From Candidatus Latescibacterota bacterium (GTDB lineage Bacteria > Latescibacterota > UBA2968), in assembly GCA_038279365.1 (NCBI GenBank), contig JAYODI010000020.1, positions 19,956 through 67,445 on the forward strand: a stretch of 47,490 nucleotides of DNA. Direction: 5' to 3'. The notes under the pieces are model-generated. The model did no database searches and was not told where the DNA came from. It saw nothing but the letters and a program-made list of their open reading frames with translations. The first letter of the stretch is position 1; each line of letters opens with the position of its first letter. Below are positions 45,243-47,490 of the stretch, one piece after another. Made by a program: the position numbers and the translations under genes.

Positions 45243-47490
45243 ATGTTGCAGCTGATTCGAGAAAAAATATTGGGCACCGATGCAAATGCTTCGGTTTTTT
45301 GGACGCATGCATTTGGGGTTTTGTTGGGGGGCTACTTTCTGGCGATTGTGGTCACGTTTTTTGATTATGGCATTACCAGTGATGAACCTGGGCATGTTGC
45401 TTATGGCGAGGCCATTGTCAATTGGTATGCGAGTGGGTTTCAAGATCAGACCATTTTTGAAAGCAAAAACACGTGGTTATATGGTGGGTTGTTTGATTTT
45501 GGCGTGGCAGTGGTATCGCATGTGTTGCCATTAGACACATATGCGGTGCGGCATCTTTGCAATGCGCTGGTGGGTTTATTGGGTGTGGTTGCCGCATATT
45601 TATTGGGTGCGTTGTTGGGTGGACCTCGGGCAGGTTTTTGGGCCGCACTTTTTTTGGTGCTCATGCCACGATATTATGGCCATGCATTTAACAATCCTAA
45701 GGATATACCTGTGGCAGTAACGTATCTGTGGGGAATTTATTATGTGATTCGCTGTGTGAGGGTTTATCCCATTTTGTCGCGTGGTTTGATTGTGAAGACG
45801 GGGTTGGCCATTGGGGCGGCGTTGGCCATTCGTGTGGGTGGGCTGTTGCTTATTTTTTATTTGGGTGTGTTTTTGTTGTTCGCTTGGTGGCAATTGCGTG
45901 TACATACATGGTCTTCTTTTCTTTTGCTTATGAAAGGGCTATGTGCCATTGGCGTCATTGCTTATGGGGTGGCATTCCTTTTTTGGCCTTATTTACAAGT
46001 GCATCCGATAACGGGGTTTTGGGATGCGATTCAGATGTTTGGCGCATTTCCCGAGATCCATTTTACATTTTTTGAAGGGATTTATATTGGAAGCAATGAA
46101 ATCCCTTGGTACTATGCGCCCAAATGGTTGTTGTTGACTTTGCCTGAATATGTTTTGGTGGGTGTGGTGTTGACCGTTGGTATGGCTTTGGCCAAACGCC
46201 GTTTTAAAATGCCTTATCTCATTTTGTTGGTGGGTGCCTTTTTCCCTGTTATGTATGCTGTTGTCAAACAGATGCCTTTGTATGATGGCATTCGCCATTT
46301 GCTTTTTGTGATGCCGCCTATGGCTGTCATTGCGGCTTTGGGTGTGAATGATTTGCTCCAGACCCAAAAGAAAATTGCTTGGATAACCTTTGGTTGCGTG
46401 TGTGTATGCATTTTATTTGCTTTGCGAAACCTGGTGGTGTTGCATCCCAATCAATATGTTTATTTCAATCATCTATTGGCAGGGGGTGTGGCTGAAGCGT
46501 CTTTGCGATATGATACCGATTATTGGGAAAACAGTTATCAACAAGGTGTGGCCTGGGTTGGGGCACAACCTTCTGTGGGCAAGCGTCGTATTCGTACGCA
46601 TTATGAACATGCTCGGTTAATGTTGGATCCAAGTTTGTTTGAATGGGTGCATGTATCTGAAGATGCCGATTATTATTTGGCCATTACGCGTTATGATCGT
46701 CACAAATTGATTCCGGGTGAGATATTGCATACCATTGAAGCTGATGGTGCACCTTTGCTTTGTGTGATTCGTCCAGACACCCATTATGCCAACGACCCAT
46801 TTTTTTATGATGCACCTTATAAGTATGCTTACTTCGGCGAATTTTACGAAGGACTGGGAGATGTTAAGCGGGCCAAGAAGGCCTATGAGATGGCCATAGA
46901 AATGCGCGTCGATACATTGGTAACACCCCATCGTATGTGGGGCTATTATCGTGCGTTGGGTTTGTTGCACCTCCATACAGGTGAGATGGATGCTGCCAAG
47001 CAGGTGATGCGGCAGGCGTTGCAGTTTGACCCAAAACAGTCTGAAGCGTGGTACTTGTTGGCACAAATTTTAACAGCAAGCGGTGATTATGGTCCTGCAC
47101 AAGAAGCCATTCAAGAAGCACTTGTCTTAGACCCTCAGCGAGATACCTACATAACAGCGTATATCAATATTGGTGTTGGATTCCAATTGCAAGGTGAACA
47201 TAAAAAAGCACTTTCAATTTATGAGTGGGCACTTTCTAAAAGCCCCAATCGGGCAGATGTTTTGATCAATGCTGGGATTGCTTGTTTTGCGCTCTCAAAC
47301 TATCAAGATGCCATTATTTTTTTTGAAAGAGCGGCTGTTATTTCTCCCAAGAATATAGAAGTTTATTTGGGCTTGATACAAGCTTATGCAAATGTAGGTG
47401 ATGTTAAAAAGGCGTTGGAGATCTGCCAAAAGGCTTTTATATTGCCCCCCAAAACGAATGGACAAAATTTCAAGGGAGAGTTAAAGTATG
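45243..47490 (+). CDS. GT-C fold membrane glycosyltransferase (GT39/ArnT-like) with C-terminal TPR repeats; runs off the right edge
   Basis: Frame from ATG 45243 (or 45231): DYGITSDE after TM1, YGGLFD, GHAFNNPKDIP, LYDGIRH, HPNQYVYFN, DYW, then TPR-like repeats (ALQFDPKQSEAWY); the parts I translated are in one frame; missing from the ORF track, consistent with no stop inside the window. Confidence 0.8.
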   Translation, partial: MLQLIREKILGTDANASVFWTHAFGVLLGGYFLAIVVTFFDYGITSDEPGHVAYGEAIVNWYASGFQDQTIFESKNTWLYGGLFDFGVAVVSHVLPLDTYAVRHLCNALVGLLGVVAAYLLGALLGGPRAGFWAALFLVLMPRYYGHAFNNPKDIPVAVTYLWGIYYVIRCVRVYPILSRGLIVKTGLAIGAALAIRVGGLLLIFYLGVFLLFAWWQLRVHTWSSFLLLMKGLCAIGVIAYGVAFLFWPYLQVHPITGFWDAIQMFGAFPEIHFTFFEGIYIGSNEIPWYYAPKWLLLTLPEYVLVGVVLTVGMALAKRRFKMPYLILLVGAFFPVMYAVVKQMPLYDGIRHLLFVMPPMAVIAALGVNDLLQTQKKIAWITFGCVCVCILFALRNLVVLHPNQYVYFNHLLAGGVAEASLRYDTDYWENSYQQGVAWVGAQPSVGKRRIRTHYEHARLMLDPSLFEWVHVSEDADYYLAITRYDRHKLIPGEILHTIEADGAPLLCVIRPDTHYANDPFFYDAPYKYAYFGEFYEGLGDVKRAKKAYEMAIEMRVDTLVTPHRMWGYYRALGLLHLHTGEMDAAKQVMRQALQFDPKQSEAWYLLAQILTASGDYGPAQEAIQEALVLDPQRDTYITAYINIGVGFQLQGEHKKALSIYEWALSKSPNRADVLINAGIACFALSNYQDAIIFFERAAVISPKNIEVYLGLIQAYANVGDVKKALEICQKAFILPPKTNGQNFKGELKY

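Noticed and set aside
47-47121. The many antisense and alternate-frame ORFs in the track
   Set aside because: They lie inside well-supported genes, lack motifs, and are expected shadow ORFs.

Overview
Bacterial chromosomal segment from a diderm organism (AsmA, OmpA-domain and beta-barrel genes). Most of it is housekeeping: comM, recQ, an oadG-oadB-oadA Na+-decarboxylase operon, aroA, murC-like/ldcA peptidoglycan-recycling genes and a fused glyQS. I found no rRNA, tRNA, integrase or transposase. Highlights: (1) a decayed defence island at ~28.3-32.4 kb containing an internally deleted WYL regulator, a PemK-type TA pair, two cas3 HD fragments joined directly to a type I-E CRISPR repeat with one spacer, an intact DUF1016_N-thermonuclease fusion and an MNT-HEPN pair; (2) three sigma28-type promoters in front of uncharacterised genes (a FlgT_C-like/OmpA_C paralog pair, an orphan 328-aa protein, DUF5610 + YjfB-like), suggesting an unannotated flagellar regulon; (3) a FolC-ATP-grasp fusion; (4) four copies of a heptamer-built palindrome, each just 5' of a start codon, plus related short-period repeats; (5) a candidate sigma54-driven ~80-nt small RNA before aroA. 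All family assignments come from motif recognition by eye, with no database searches.
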